A DNA stretch of 64,000 nucleotides from Squalus acanthias (GCA_030390025.1 CM059438.1:82398001-82462000), one strand, 5' to 3'. Shown: positions 11,576-24,263, counted from the first letter of the stretch. Translations and numbers: made by a program. The notes: generated from the sequence alone by a model not told the origin.

Positions 11576-13310
11576 AGGAACAGGAGTAGGCCCCTCGAGC
11601 CTGTTCCGCCATTCAATGAGATCATGGCTGATCTGCGACCTAACTCCATATACCCACCTTTGGCCCATATCCCTTAATACCTTTGATTAACAAAAATCTA
11701 TCAATCTCTGATTTAAAATGAACAATTGATCCAGCATCAATTGCTGTTTGCGGAAGAGAGTTCCAAACTCCTCCCACCCTTTGTGTGTAGAAGTGTTTCC
11801 TCATTTCACTCCTGAAAGGTCTGGCTCTAATTTTTAGACTATGTCCCCTAGTCCTAGACTCCCCAACCAGCAGAAATCGTTTCTCTCTATCTACCCTGTC
11901 TGTTCAACAAGAGATAAATCTGGAGCGTCCAGTCTCCTGTACCTGTTTCCGAGAAGCCACCTTAACCAGTGATTTCCTCCTCGGCTTTATTCTGTGGCTA
12001 GATAACAGGTTCAGAGTTCACTCTGGGCTGGGCACCAAAACATACAGTGGCACAGAAACTACTGTTGAAGAGTCACATCTCCACGCTGGGAGGAGTCGGG
12101 ATCGTGAAAATTGCACTGGATTGATGCGGCCAGGTTTGTGCTGGATCACACCAAGTGCCAGATGCGCTGTGCCACAAACTTGGCAGGGTGAGCAGAGTAT
12201 TAGTTAAATTTAAATCAAACTCGCTACAACTCCCTGGGGTCAGTGACAGTTACAGTAAAACCATGGGCAGGACTGACAATAAATAGGACAGAGCCTTTCA
12301 AGATGTGTGTTCTCTCAATAGGATAGCATCGAGCAACAGGAACAGAAGTGAGCTGGGGATTATTTCGCTGAGGCGAGAATATTCCGGAGCAGCATTTAAA
12401 TAAAGTCCAACAGGACATTTAAGTTGCAGGCCCTGTTGATTTTCCAGAATGTAACTTCTTTAAAAGTTCTGATGAGCCTGTTGCCTGTAAATACAGTTAT
12501 TCCCATGGATGCTGTCCAGCGGTAGATGCAGCCAGCACTTCTCCAGCCAGATCTCCCTGCAGAGCCCAGGCCACAGTCACGTACTACTCCCAGAGGCTGG
12601 TTAGAAGCTGCCTGACAGCCATGAGTGAGAGGACGCTCCCGCTGGGTTACCAAGTTCAGGCAAGGAGGACTTCTCGTCAAACAGGTGTCTGCGAACTCTT
12701 GACATGTTGTCGTAACCTGGAGCGTGAGAGCAGGTCAGGCCTGGTCTCTGCTGGGATTTCAAAGTGAGCAGAGACTGGCGGAAGGTGAGTGTTCCATCAC
12801 TGTTGTGCTGATGTGCAGGAATACTAAAGCACTGCCCCGCAAACTGAGAGGAACCAAATGTGGAGAACGTGTCACAGAGTCATACGTTTTATGGATCAGC
12901 AGGACACACACAGCTGAGAAATAGTTTGCTTCACTCGGGACAGTGACACTGTGCATGAATATACCCGCCCCCAATGCTTTAAACACAAAGCTATCAGATT
13001 TAATATTGAAATAATTGCTTGGTGAAATCAGTTCAAGAATGTTAATCATGAAACGTCTGCAGACAGGACGCGCTGGGTTGAAAACCCCTTGTCTCCTGTA
13101 CCAAACCTCCAAGTGCTTTTTGCTAAAAGCTTGAACAGTTTTCTAACATTCGGAAGTTTGGTGCTGAGGAACTTGCAAATGTGTCTGTCAGTGGCCCATC
13201 ATAGCTTCTCAAGGAGGTCAATGTTTCAGAGTGTTTCACAGAGGGTTGATTCTGCCATTATTATCAAGTGAAAATTACATTTCTTTTGGACATATCCTGG
13301 CACTGAGTGT

Positions 13311-13758
13311 CAGCTTGGCTCAGTTGGTGCCACTTTTGGTTTTCAGTCCAAAGGTTGAGGGTTGAAGTCCCACCACAATCTTGAGTCCATAATCTAAGCT
13401 GACACTTCCGTGCAGTTAATGAGGGATGCTGGATTGCTGAAAATGCTGTCTTTTGGATGATGAAGTGAGGCTTGACTGACTCATCGTGGATGTTAGTAAT
13501 CCTATGATGTTTTCTGAAGAAGAGCAGGGAGTTCTCCTTGTGACCTGTCCAAAAACCTTCCCTCAACACCACCAAAACAGATTAACTGGTCATTCATCTC
13601 ATTTGTTGTTTGTGGGATCTTGCTGTGTGAAAATTAGTTGCCACATTTGCCTACGTAACAACAGTGACTACACTTCAAAAAGTAACTCATTGGTTGTAAA
13701 GATCTTTACGGCATCCTGAGGATGAGATAAGATGCTACATAAATAAAGTTATTTATTT
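13311..13758 (+). mobile_element. Deu-domain tRNA-derived SINE, older copy
   Basis: A-box TGGCTCAGTTGG, B-box-like GGTTGAAGTCC, and the shared central domain and tail. Confidence 0.8.
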
Positions 13759-15565
13759 ACATGTGCATAAAACATGACTGAATAGTACCCAAACTGATTA
13801 ATAATCGCTGTTGAACATACAGGTAATCAAAATGCAATCTAACCCATTGCTGCGGAAATTGCTCTGATTCCAATAGTTTTAACAATCCCAGTTATCAAAA
13901 ATCACGGATGGGGAGGGAAGAGCCTTGTGTGGGGCATGAGATAACCAGCCAGATTACCTTCCACTCTTCAGCTGCCCAAGTAATTGCTTGCTTGCCTTAG
14001 GCACCAGTAGATGCTGTAAATTTGCTATGGGCAAAGTATCATTTTTCAAGAGATGAACATGTTTATAACTTGTTGTCTCTTATCATTAGCAGTCAGCACA
14101 AACAGCAAGAGTGGAAACATGGAGTGGGGGGGGTGGAGATCACAAGCAAAGTCCCTTTCTTTGTCTGCAGCAATGTGGCGCGTGGCAATGAAAGGCGACA
14201 TTCATCCGGGTGAACTCCGATTTCCGCCGGTTGTATGGGAAGCAGGGTCCAGTGTTCTGTGTTGCAAGGCAGCATTCTTTTCATTTTCCAAATCGAATGA
14301 ATGCGTCTCCAATCGTGCGCTGTACTGACCACGCGGTGCAATGGAGAAAGCACACGACCAGCCCTGTGACTCATCTCATTTAGGAGCTCTATTACATTGA
14401 AACTTCAGAATAAATTGGTCACAGACACTGTGTAAATGCGAAAAGCTAGGAAGCCAAGCAGGCACTCTGAACAATATATAACATTCTATTTTGTTCCCCC
14501 AGACCTCTGGGAAATTCATTAGGAATAAGAAGCTACATGGGAATGTAGTAATACATGTGCTCTTGCACCAATTAGAAGTGACCAGTTACAGTTTTATTCT
14601 AACTGCACTGTGCAAACCCATTACTATACAGAATAAAATCCAGAATGTTCAGCTTTATTAACTCTCTAAGCTTATGGCACCTAAGGGAGGTAACTCACTT
14701 GTACTATAAAATCTATTGTGACTAGTAAGAAGAAATGAATAAATGGGCGCATTATTTTTCATTCAGTAGCTCAACATCTGTTTGTCTAATCAAATGAGAG
14801 AGCTGGAAAAAGTCAACTAGAGATGACACGCACATTTTACCCAACTTTTGTTATGTCAAAGGAGTTTAGGGGAGTAATGAGACAGCCTGCAGTGATTGGG
14901 AATACGATTGCGCTGCTCTGATATGATTACCAGTATGGAGTTTAGAAACAGTTCACAGTTGGCGCTGAACCTGAGCGAGGTTCTGCAGCAAATGACATCC
15001 AACTTAATTTCCACAGCTCATACAAACAGCGAGTAAATCAGATCAAGTCAGGTGTAAGCTTGTAAGGTCTTTTTTTTTTTAAAGAAGCGTGTTCATCTCC
15101 CCAATTCATGTCCTTGAAATCCACTCTCCCGCTTCTTCTACACGTTCCCCTTTCAGTTTCACCTCCACTCCTGGGATCTGCTGCTTCGGAGAAGAGATAC
15201 GTTGCCAGCAGCTGCTCCTCCTGGCTCCAACGCCAAGGCTGTTTTTGGAGCAGTAGATGTGGAACGAATGTGAAACCATTCACCTGTTCCCAGAGCAGGG
15301 TTGAGCAGAATTAGTGGGCACCCGAAATCTGGATTCTGATTCCTATTTTCCTAAATTCTAAATGTAGCTCTGAAGTTTCAGAAGGGTGCAGTCAGTTTCA
15401 TCATCAGCAGGTGTTCTGCATCACCCGACCCGAGCTACAGTTACCTGGAACAGGGCGAGGTGGCATCTGAAGCCCCAAAAATCCAAAGCTGGATAAATTC
15501 AGATAAATTCATGTGGGTCCTCATTTGACTTAATTCCGAGCAGTTGAAATTGAGGCATCACTGTT

Positions 15566-16013
15566 AGCTGTGGCTCAGTTGGTAGCACACTCGCCTCTGA
15601 GTCTAGAAGGTTGTGGGTTCAAGTCCCACTCCAGGGACTTGAGCACAACAAATCTAGGCTGATACTCTAGTGCAGTGCTGAGAGAGTGCCGCACTGTCAG
15701 AGGTGCCATCTTTCTGATGAGACATTAAACTGTTAAATCTGCCTTCTCAGGTGGATGTAGAAGATCCCAAGGCACTATTTCAAAGAAGAGCAGGGGAGTT
15801 ATCCCTGGTGATCTGCCAATATTTATCCCTCAAGCAACGTAAGAAAAACAGATTATTTGGTCATTATCACATTGCTGTTTGTGGGAGCTTGCTGTGCACA
15901 AATTGGCTGCCGTGTTTCCTACATTACAACAGTGACTACACTTCATTGGCTGTAAAGCACTTTGGGATATCCTGAGGTCGTAAAAGGTGCTATATAAATG
16001 CAAGTCTTTCTTT
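15566..16013 (+). mobile_element. Deu-domain tRNA-derived SINE (SacSINE1/AmnSINE1-related)
   Basis: A-box TGGCTCAGTTGG, B-box GGTTCAAGTCC, core CAGGTGGATGTAGAAGATCCC...GAAGAGCAGGGGAGTT, L2-like tail GCTATATAAATGCAAGTCTTTC. Confidence 0.9.
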
Positions 16014-16349
16014 ACTAGCTCACACCTATCCCAGGACTGTCACTGGAAATGATAATATGTTCTACTTGTCCTCCGACCCCCGCTCCTGGCCACCAGATCC
16101 ACTCTGGAGACTCTGCAAATAACACTGTGGATCTGCAACATGACTAAGAGCAGAACCATTATGGCTCTTTATCTGAACATCTCACCTCTGGCCAAGATCA
16201 GGAACTCAGCATGTGAAGGCAAAAAGAACACAATGCTGTGTCCCACAGGAGTAGAGGAGTGGTAGTGTACCCCTTAAACCCATCTTTTTTAAAGATAGAA
16301 TGAAGCCAATGCAAAGTACAATTGTTTTATTCTCTCTTCATCCCAATTT

Positions 16350-16680
16350 TTTCACCTGCTCAAGGCATTGACTCATGCTAGACTCTGGTTCCATGTGGCC
16401 ATTCTTCAAGTGTGAGCCCAGACAGGGAATGCCAGCAGGCTACTTGATTGTGGAGGCCATGACAGCCCAGTATTTCTCATCTGGCATCCACACAAGTCTA
16501 CATTCCAGTGGGAGGTTATGGTACAGCATTCAGGAGTGGGAACTCGGACTCATTTTCCCCATCCTGGCATGCAAATAGCTGACCTGGCTGCGATCAGCTA
16601 TCTCAGCAGTGACTGGGAGTTGAACCTGAATTAACCTTTTGTTGTGCGTAGTCCAGTCACATTTATCCATTAAACCATCG
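16350..16680 (-). mobile_element. Ancient SINE-like repeat; related copies at ~29905-30140 (+), ~53420-53790 (+) and partly ~23485-23700 (+)
   Basis: Shared diverged motifs GCTGAG.TAGCTGATC, GGTTCCC.CTCCTGA and CACA..TGAAGAATG across the copies. I cannot give a family name. Confidence 0.55.
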
Positions 16681-16807
16681 AGAGAGCCCCCAAGTACAGT
16701 AGTTGTAATCACATTCTCTGACTGGATCAGAAACAATAACAATGAACTTGTACCTGACCTGGGTAGTGGGACAATTATGTCAATCCCTGCAGTGACCCCT
16801 CTGCAGT

Positions 16808-18582
16808 GTCAGGGGATCCCAGGGTTAGAGGATCCCAGGGTTAACAGATCCCAGGGTTAGGGAATCCCAAGGTCAGGAGATCCCAGGGTTAGCAGATCCC
16901 GATTTAGGGGAGCCCAGGGTTTGCAGATCCCAGGGCCAACGGATCCCAGGGTCAGGGGATCCCAGGGTCAGGGATCCCAGGGCTAGGGGATCCCAGGTTT
17001 AGCAGATTCTGGGGTCAGGAGATCCCAGGGTCAGGGGATCCCAGGGTCAGGTGATCCCAGGGTTAGCAGACCCCAGGGTCAACAGATCCCAGGGTCAGGG
17101 GATCCCTGGGTCAATGGATCTCAGGGTCAGGGGATCCCAGGGTCTGGAGATCCGAGGGTCAGGTGATCCCAAGGTTAGCAGATCTCAGGGTCAGGGGATA
17201 CCAGGGTTAGGGGATCCCAAGGTCAGGGGATCCTAGGGTTAACAGATCCCAGGGCCAACAGATCCCAAGTTCAGGGAATCCCAGGGTTTGCAGATCCCAG
17301 GGTTAGTGGATCCCAGGGTTTGGGGATCCTGGGGTCAGGGGATCCCAGGATCAGGGGATCTCAGGGTCAGCGGATCCCAGGGTCAGGGCATCCCGGGGTC
17401 AGGGGATCTCAGGGTCAGTGGATCCTAGGGTCAGGGCATTCCGGGGTCAGGGGATCTCAGGGTCAGAGGATCCCAGGGTCAGGGCATCCCAGGGTCAGAG
17501 GATCCCAGGGTTAGGGGATCCCAGGGTCAGAGGATCCCAGGGTTAGGGGATCCCAGGGTCAGAGGATCCCAGGGTCAGGGGATCTCAGGGTCAGGGGATC
17601 CCAGGGTTAGGGGATCCCGGGGTCAGGGGCTCTCAGGGTCAGAGGATCCTAGGGTTAGGGGATCCCGGGGTCAGGGGATCTCAGGGTCAGAGGATCCAGG
17701 GTAGGGATCCCAGGGTCAGGGGCATCCAGGGTCAGAGGATCCCAGGGTTAGGGGATCCCAGGGTCAGAGGATCTCAGGGCTAGGGATCCCAGGGTCAGAG
17801 GATCCCAGGGTCAGGGGATCTCAGGGTCAGGGGATCCCAGGGTTAGGGGATCCCGGGGTCAGGGGCTCTCAGGGTCAGAGGATCCCAGGGTTAGGGGATC
17901 CCGGGGTCAGGGGCTCTCAGGGTCAGAGGATCCATGGGTTAGGGGATCCCGGGGTCAGGGGCTCTCAGGGTCAGAGGATCCCAGGGTTAGGGGATCCCGG
18001 GGTCAGGGGCTCTCAGGGCCAGAGGATCCCAGGGTTAGGGGATCCCGGGGTCAGAGGATCCCAGGGTCAGGGGATCCCAGGGTTAGGGGATCCCGGGGTC
18101 AGGGGCTCTCAGGGTCAGAGGATCCCAGGGTTAGGGGATCCCGGGTTCAGGGGCTCTCAGGGTCAGAGGATCCCAGGGTTAGGGGATCCCAGGGTCAGAG
18201 GATTCCAGGGTTAGGGGATCCCGGGGTCAGGGGCTCTCAGGGTCAGAGGATCCCAGGGTTAGGGGATCCCGGGGTCAGAGGATCCCGGGGTTAGGGGATC
18301 CCAGGGTCAGAGGATCCCAGGGTTAGGGGATCCCGGGGTCAGGGGATCCCGGGGTCAGGGGCTCTCAGGGTCAGGGGATCCCGGGGTCAGGGGCTCTCAG
18401 GGTCAGGGGATCCCAGAGTTAGGGGATCCTGGGGTCAGGGGATCCCAGGGTTAGGGGATCCCAGGGTCAGAGGATCCCAGGGTCAGAGGATCCCGGGGTT
18501 AGGGGATCCTGGGGTCAGGGGATCCCGGGGTCAGGGGCTCCCAGGGTTAGGGGATCCCGGGGTCAGGGGATCCAGGGTCAGG
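16808..18582. repeat. G-rich 16-bp minisatellite, ~110 units (CCAGGGTYAGGGGATC), with a 48-bp higher-order unit
   Basis: Read directly from the sequence. The trimer CCAGGGTTAGGGGATC-CCGGGGTCAGGGGCTC-TCAGGGTCAGAGGATC recurs in the right half. Confidence 0.97.
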
Positions 18583-19088
18583 AATGTCCTGGATTAGTGG
18601 AATCCTGTGGTGATTTTCACAGATCAGCAGGAGATGCACTTCCCCCACATTCTCATCAATCAGGCAGCCAGTTACAGAGCAGCACTGGCACAAGTCACTT
18701 CTACATCCCTTGCCCAAGAACCAGTTAAGAAAGAAACTTACATTTTCAGCAGTTGACCAGATGGATTTAAGAGGGGTTGTTGATTTCTGCAGGAATCTTT
18801 GATTTCTATTAACTCTGGGGGTTAGGGGAAACACTTGACTAAATGAGAATACATCCATTATTCACAGGACAGGCCAGTTGCAGTGCCAAGCTCACGTCAC
18901 TGGGAGCACTGAGGTGTACGGCAACCATCTTATAGCAGGCCCAGAGAACTTTAACCCTTTCAATACTGATGGCATGAGCACTGTTGAGAATTCTATGGCT
19001 ATTTTCTTTCCACAAGCAGGACCCAGGTGAGCTGTGTTAATATATGTTTAGGGTAGCAATTTGCCTGAAAGGGAATAGTTTCCCTGGA

Positions 19089-19870
19089 CAGCCGTAGCTC
19101 AGTGGGTAGCACTCTCGCCTCTGAGTCAGAACATTTAAGTCCCACTGCAGAGACTTGAGCACAAAAATCTAGGCTGACATGCCAGTGCAGTGCTACACAG
19201 TCAGAGGTTTTTTTTTATTCATTCAAGGGATGCGGGTGTCACTGGCAAGGCCAGCATTTATTGCCCATAACTGAGTGGCTTGTTAGAGGGCTGTTAAGAA
19301 TCAATCACATTGCATGTAGGCCAGACCACGGTAAGGACGGCAGATTTCCTTCTCTAAAGGACATTAGTGAACCAGATGGATTTTTACGACAATCTGGTAG
19401 TTACATAGCATTGATACTAGCTTTTTATTTCAGATTTATTTAATTAACTGAATTTAAATTCCCCAGATGCCGTGGTGGGATTTGAACTCACATCTCCTGG
19501 ATCATTAGTCCAGGACCTCTGGATTACTAGTGCCAGTAACATAACCACTATGCTACCGTGCCCAGTCTTTTAGATGAGATGTTAAACCGAGGCCCCATCT
19601 GCCCTCTCAGGTGGACGTAAAAGATCCCATGACACTATTTTGAAGAAGAGCAGGGGAGTTCTCCCCGGTGTCCTGGCCAATATTTAGCCCTCAATTAACA
19701 TCACTAAAAACAGATTATCTGGTCATTAACACGTTGCTGTTTGTGGGAGCTTGCTGTGCGCATTTCCTACATTACAACAGTGACTACACTTGAAAAACTA
19801 CTTCATTGGCTGTAAAGCGCTTTGGGATGTCCGGTGGTCGTGAAAGGCGCTGGAGAAATGCAAGTCTTTC
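19089..19870 (+). mobile_element. Deu-domain SINE interrupted by a second SINE
   Basis: The head (19089-19207) and the remainder (19564-19870) join into the same consensus as 15566-16013. Confidence 0.88.
19208..19563 (-). mobile_element. tRNA-derived SINE, second family, with a CR1-superfamily-derived tail
   Basis: Minus-strand head GGGCACGGTAGCATAGTGGTT...GAGTTCAAATCCCACC. Tail GGGCAATAAATGCTGGCCTTGCCAG...GAATAAAAA is shared with the LINE at 48487-48543. Confidence 0.85.
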
Positions 19871-20217
19871 TGTCTCTCTATGCTGTGTTGATGAAAGGTG
19901 ATTTAAATGTGAGATGGGCAGTGGTTTTGCACAAATCCCAAACAATGGCCAATTCATTAGCAGTGTCTGGCCATTCAGAAGACATCTAGCATCTTGAGAT
20001 ATTCCTCTGACCTCTGAAGGTCAGGGATCAAGGCTCAGTAAAAGTCAACAGACACCAGAAAGTCAGTAGAGCAGCAGAAAGGGCTAGAAAGAGGGTAAAT
20101 CATCTCCACACTGTGGGCAGCATGGATAGCAGGGAAAATCTCTCTCTGTGGTAAGAAGCTCCCTAAATGGACGAGTGTGTCTGGACTCTTTATTTTTGTA
20201 ACGGTATACAAACACCA

Positions 20218-20656
20218 GCAACAACAGTGCCTTTAACTTCGTAAAACATCCCAAGGCGTTTCACAAGAGCGATTATCGAACAAAGTTTGACAATGAGCTA
20301 GGTAAAGAGATATTGGGACAGGGGACCAAAAGCTTGGTCAAAGAGGTAGGTTTTAAGGAGCGTCTTAAAGGAGGAGAGGCGGAGAGGTTTAGGGAGGGAA
20401 AACCAGAGCTTAGGGGCGAGGCAGCTGAAGGCACGGCCGCCAATGGTGGAGCGAAGAAAATCGGGGGATGCACAAGAGGCCAGAACTGGAGGAGCGCAGA
20501 TATCTCGGGGGGGTTGTGGGGCTGGAGGAGGTTCCAGAGATAGGGAGGGGCGAGGCCATGGAGGGATTTGAGGACAAGGATGAGAGTTTTAAAACTGAGG
20601 GGTTGCCCAACCGGGAGCCAATGTTGATCAGCGAGCACAGGGGTGATGGGAAACAG
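20218..20656 (-). mobile_element. L2 LINE 3' fragment
   Basis: ORF 20273-20848 contains PITPVLADQHWLPV...FKTLILVLKSLHGLAPPYL, typical of the L2 ORF2 C-terminus. Confidence 0.9.
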
Positions 20657-22022
20657 AAGTTGAACTGATTGTGCCTTGTGGCTTTCACCATGCCCAGTGT
20701 CTGCTATTGGGACAGGAAGGTGTCGATCAGTTCTTGAGTCTTTATAATGACGTGGTTTCACTGAACCTCTTGTGTTAGACAATGAAAAGCTGTTGCTGAA
20801 ACTGTCAAGGTTGAAAGCGATATTTCCACACACAAAGCGGGGGAACAATGGAACAGCCTCAACAATGTTTTTGTGACATGAATTTGCTGTGATTTGTTTC
20901 AGAAAAACGCTACACCTTTAAATTACATCTTTCCATTCAATCAAGGAGCACATCTCAGGTACCCAGCACCTGCTATCCAGGGTCGCTCATGCTTGTATTT
21001 AGCAGAATTTAACTGAAACATTTAATGCGATTTGACATGAAATAGTTTGGTCAGTATCCAGTAAAACCCACGCCACCTCGCATCCAGAAACCTCTAGCGA
21101 TCTTGTAAAAAAAAAACAGCACGACATTACCTTTCATTAGGGCTCGATTTTCATAAAATGTAATAAATGGCTTGTTTTCTGGATGTAAGATTCTTATAAA
21201 TACCATGTTTAATGAACTAAGCCAGTATAAAGTGGACACAGGTGGCACAGTGACAGCTTTTCACCTCCAGGGTCCCAGTTAGGAATTCCACTGGTAGCTT
21301 TGCTGGAAAGGTTATTGGTGCCACATTATTTCTGTAGTTAAGGCAGAGTGAAAAGCGAGTTACACTCAGCCTTTTAGAGGCTTTAATTGTGTCACCCTGG
21401 ACTAATTGCACTTTACATTCCACGCCGGCTGTGTGACTTGTGGACAAACGATCTCAGGATTGAAGGTACCATGAGATAAAATACCTAAACGTCGTAGCTT
21501 CACTTTGACTAAAAAAGAAAAAAAAAAGAAACCGAATCGCGCACTCTTCACTTAAGCCCTATTTATTTACACCTCTGAACAAATCATCATTTACAGTCGA
21601 CTCGGAATTGAAGTGCATCGCCTAAACATTCTGTTTCCATTCAGCGTAAAATAAAACTTTTAACTCCCCGTGCTTCTCAGTTTGATAAATTGGTTGTTTT
21701 TATATCCATCAGGATTAAGTATAAACATCAATCAGTTTGGGAGTTGACGGCAGATTAATGGAGTCAGTTCTATAATTCTGCCATTTTGACTGGTAATAAA
21801 GATACAAACTTCAAGCAAATACCAGCGTTACAAGAACCACATTCTCGCCTCCAACCTCACTCCCTTTGGCCTCACCTTTCTTGTGTCTCTATCTCATCAA
21901 TACCACTATGACCCATGCTTCTCTGAAAATTCCTCTATTGTTGCTCCTAAGATGCAGAGTCATGTTCCTCTGTGCTTTTCCTCCATCCCCCGCCCCCAAC
22001 ATCTTCCCTGTGTTGAAATCAT

Positions 22023-22770
22023 GGGGGAGAAATTCAGTACCTTAGCGCCTCCCGATAGCACCTCCAGGGGGCGCTAACGGGTCACTACCGGCTTTGCGAC
22101 CGGGCGTGGCGCTAATACTGATGCCCGCAAAATTGATGTGGAGGTTTGTGGCGGCGGTAACCACTAGCGCCACGATCTCCTGCGCCCGGAGATCGTGACA
22201 TCATTGCCCCGGTAGCGCCCCGGACCCGAACTTCGGTTCCGCCCCCTGCAGCATCGCCGGGCGAAAACACCGACAGCTGCAGGAGGCGTTCATCGGGAGC
22301 CCGGGAGCTTCGGGGGCGCAAATAAAAGGGGAGGTTGGCGCGGGTAGGAGAAAAATTTTAACAACGTTGCAAGTAATTTTTTTCAATTGCTCCTGGGCCG
22401 CGATCGATCAGCCCGGCACTCTGCTGGAGTGCGTGGGGCTGATCGGGCCAGATGGCGGCTGCTGTCGGGGACCAGCTACCTGGTCCCAATGCAGAGCCTG
22501 CAGTGATGGCCCTTCCCTTTAAGGGAGGGAAGGAGCCGCGGATCGTAGCAGGGCTGCACGGGACATTGTGCAGCGCTGCACTGCTACCGCCCCGCCTGCG
22601 TCCTTCAGCGCTCCAGGAAGGAAGTGGGATGCTTGATTTAACGCTCCACTTCCTTCCTGCAGCGCAAACACCGAATTTTGAAAAAGCTGGGAATCATTAG
22701 CGCCTGGCGCTAAGTTTCCCAGCTTTCAGAAGTTAACGCCCCAAACGGGGCGATACTGAATTTCTCTCCC
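22023..22770. mobile_element. PIF/Harbinger-type MITE, 748 bp
   Basis: 17-bp TIRs GGGGGAGAAATTCAGTA / TACTGAATTTCTCTCCC with 1 mismatch. 3-bp TSD CAT at 22020-22022 and 22771-22773. GC- and CpG-rich interior with no transposase. Confidence 0.85.
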
Positions 22771-23811
22771 CATGACTCCACACTCTGAATCATTCTTCCT
22801 CAGGGCCGCCCAACTGTGAAACTCCCTCAGTTTTCCTTCTTACAATCTTCAGGCTTTTAAAACCCGTGCTAGGTGTCACCTCCCAATTTATCTTGTCTCG
22901 TCTTGTCTTCTCCTAATTTCAATCTGAATGATGTCCTGCACTTCACCGACGTTTCTCAATTTAAAAAAGTCAGATGCGTGCTACCACCTTTGGAGCCGCA
23001 GTGATCTCCAATGCCTGTCATTGTCCTCAGGTCCCAGAGGCTGGCCAGTGGTTGGAGGGATTCTCACAACTGTTTGATGTTGAAGTGCCGCGGCTGTGAA
23101 TGGGTCTATTCTCGGCTAGTCTACCCCATGGTATAGGAATTAAATGCCTAATCTGAATCCACCAGATGCACACATAGCAAGTGCAGCCATATTCTCAGGC
23201 TGTGATGAATCAATGCCCCCCTGTAGACCAGGGTTTAAAACCAGGTGTGGATCACAGCTTGAGTCAGACGCTGGTTATTTGAATTGCCTGGGTGAATTCA
23301 GGCTTTTAAAAATCCAGATCACCTACATAGGATGAATAATGTGACATACCCAGTGTCAGATCACAATCAACAATCACCTTGATTCTTACCAGATGTGTTC
23401 TTCAGTGTAAGTGGAGTACAACATGAACTTTCGACTTGGCCAAGCTCTTCCATGCAGTGGAAAAACCTGCCAAAACTTACTGTCAAGGTTCACACATGAA
23501 GAATGTTAACTCAGGCAGGTTATTGGAACCTACGGGTACATCGCAGTGGAGAAGGAGGAGAAGGTACCAGTGTTGGAGTACAGAAGGCTTCGGAGGTGCA
23601 GGTCTCACTAACTTGGTAGCTGTCAACCCATAAAACTGCACCCCAGCAGAGAGTCAACACTTTTAGGATAGGGAGAAAGGTTAGAAAATTGGAGAGGAAA
23701 AATGATAGAGAGAGAGAGATGATTCAGTCCTTCAAACTGAGTAATCTGAACCTATTAATAATACAAATGGTGAATGTATTTTAGAACGTTTTTATAATTC
23801 CTCCATATTAT

Positions 23812-24090
23812 TCAGAATTACATCGTATTTACAGCACAGAAACAGGGCATTCAGCTGGTCTATGCCGGTGTTTGTGCTCCACACAAGCCTCCTCCGACTT
23901 AACTTCATCTAACTCCATCAGCATATCCTTCTATTCCTTTCATGTACTCATCTAGCTTCCCTTAAATACATCAATTCTATTCGCCTCAACTACTCTATGT
24001 GGTAGCAAGTTCCACATTCTAACCACTCTCTGGGTAAAGTAGCTTCTTCTGAATTCCTTATTGGATTTATTAGTGACTCTCTTATATTTA
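23812..24090 (-). mobile_element. Older CR1 3' fragment
   Basis: Tail ACAGCACAGAAACAGG on +, and TTCCACATTCTAACCACTCTCTGGGTAAA (the QRVVRMWN motif on minus). Confidence 0.75.
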
Positions 24091-24263
24091 ATACACCTGA
24101 TATTGTGCTGCACTGGAGCAACTGCTTACACTGGAACTCTTGAGGACAGCACAGTGGAGAGCACTAAGGCATAAGGCCGTGGGGTGGGGTGGGGTGGGCG
24201 CAGGTACAATCTCATACACTGGTGAGTTGCCACTCTTACTTGTTTCGCTGTGGCCCAGGGGCA

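Larger units (their letters stand above)
11461..11905 (-). mobile_element. CR1 3' fragment whose tail hosts the LTR and the Penelope-like insertion
   Basis: CR1 3' UTR and ORF2-end sequence. The tail repeat AACATAGGAAC resumes on the far side of the LTR (10719-10729). Confidence 0.88.

Noticed and set aside
15566-15640. tRNA gene (likewise ~19089, ~19490-19563, ~26566, ~40003)
   Set aside because: These are A/B-box heads of SINEs followed by SINE bodies, with no complete acceptor stem.
17051-17514. Gly/Pro/Gln-rich ORFs as collagen- or mucin-like proteins
   Set aside because: They arise from the 16-bp repeat cycling through frames, with frequent stops and no Gly-X-Y register.
16808-18582. 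Interstitial telomere or chromosome-fusion scar
   Set aside because: TTAGGG occurs only as isolated hexamers within a 16-bp unit, never as (TTAGGG)n or head-to-head arrays.
21727-21734. PBX-type TGATTGAT sites (also ~6315, ~9505, ~18654)
   Set aside because: A handful of matches is about what chance gives in 64 kb of AT-rich DNA.
22023-22770. Host-gene CpG-island promoter
   Set aside because: It is bounded by TIRs and a TSD, so it is a transposon.
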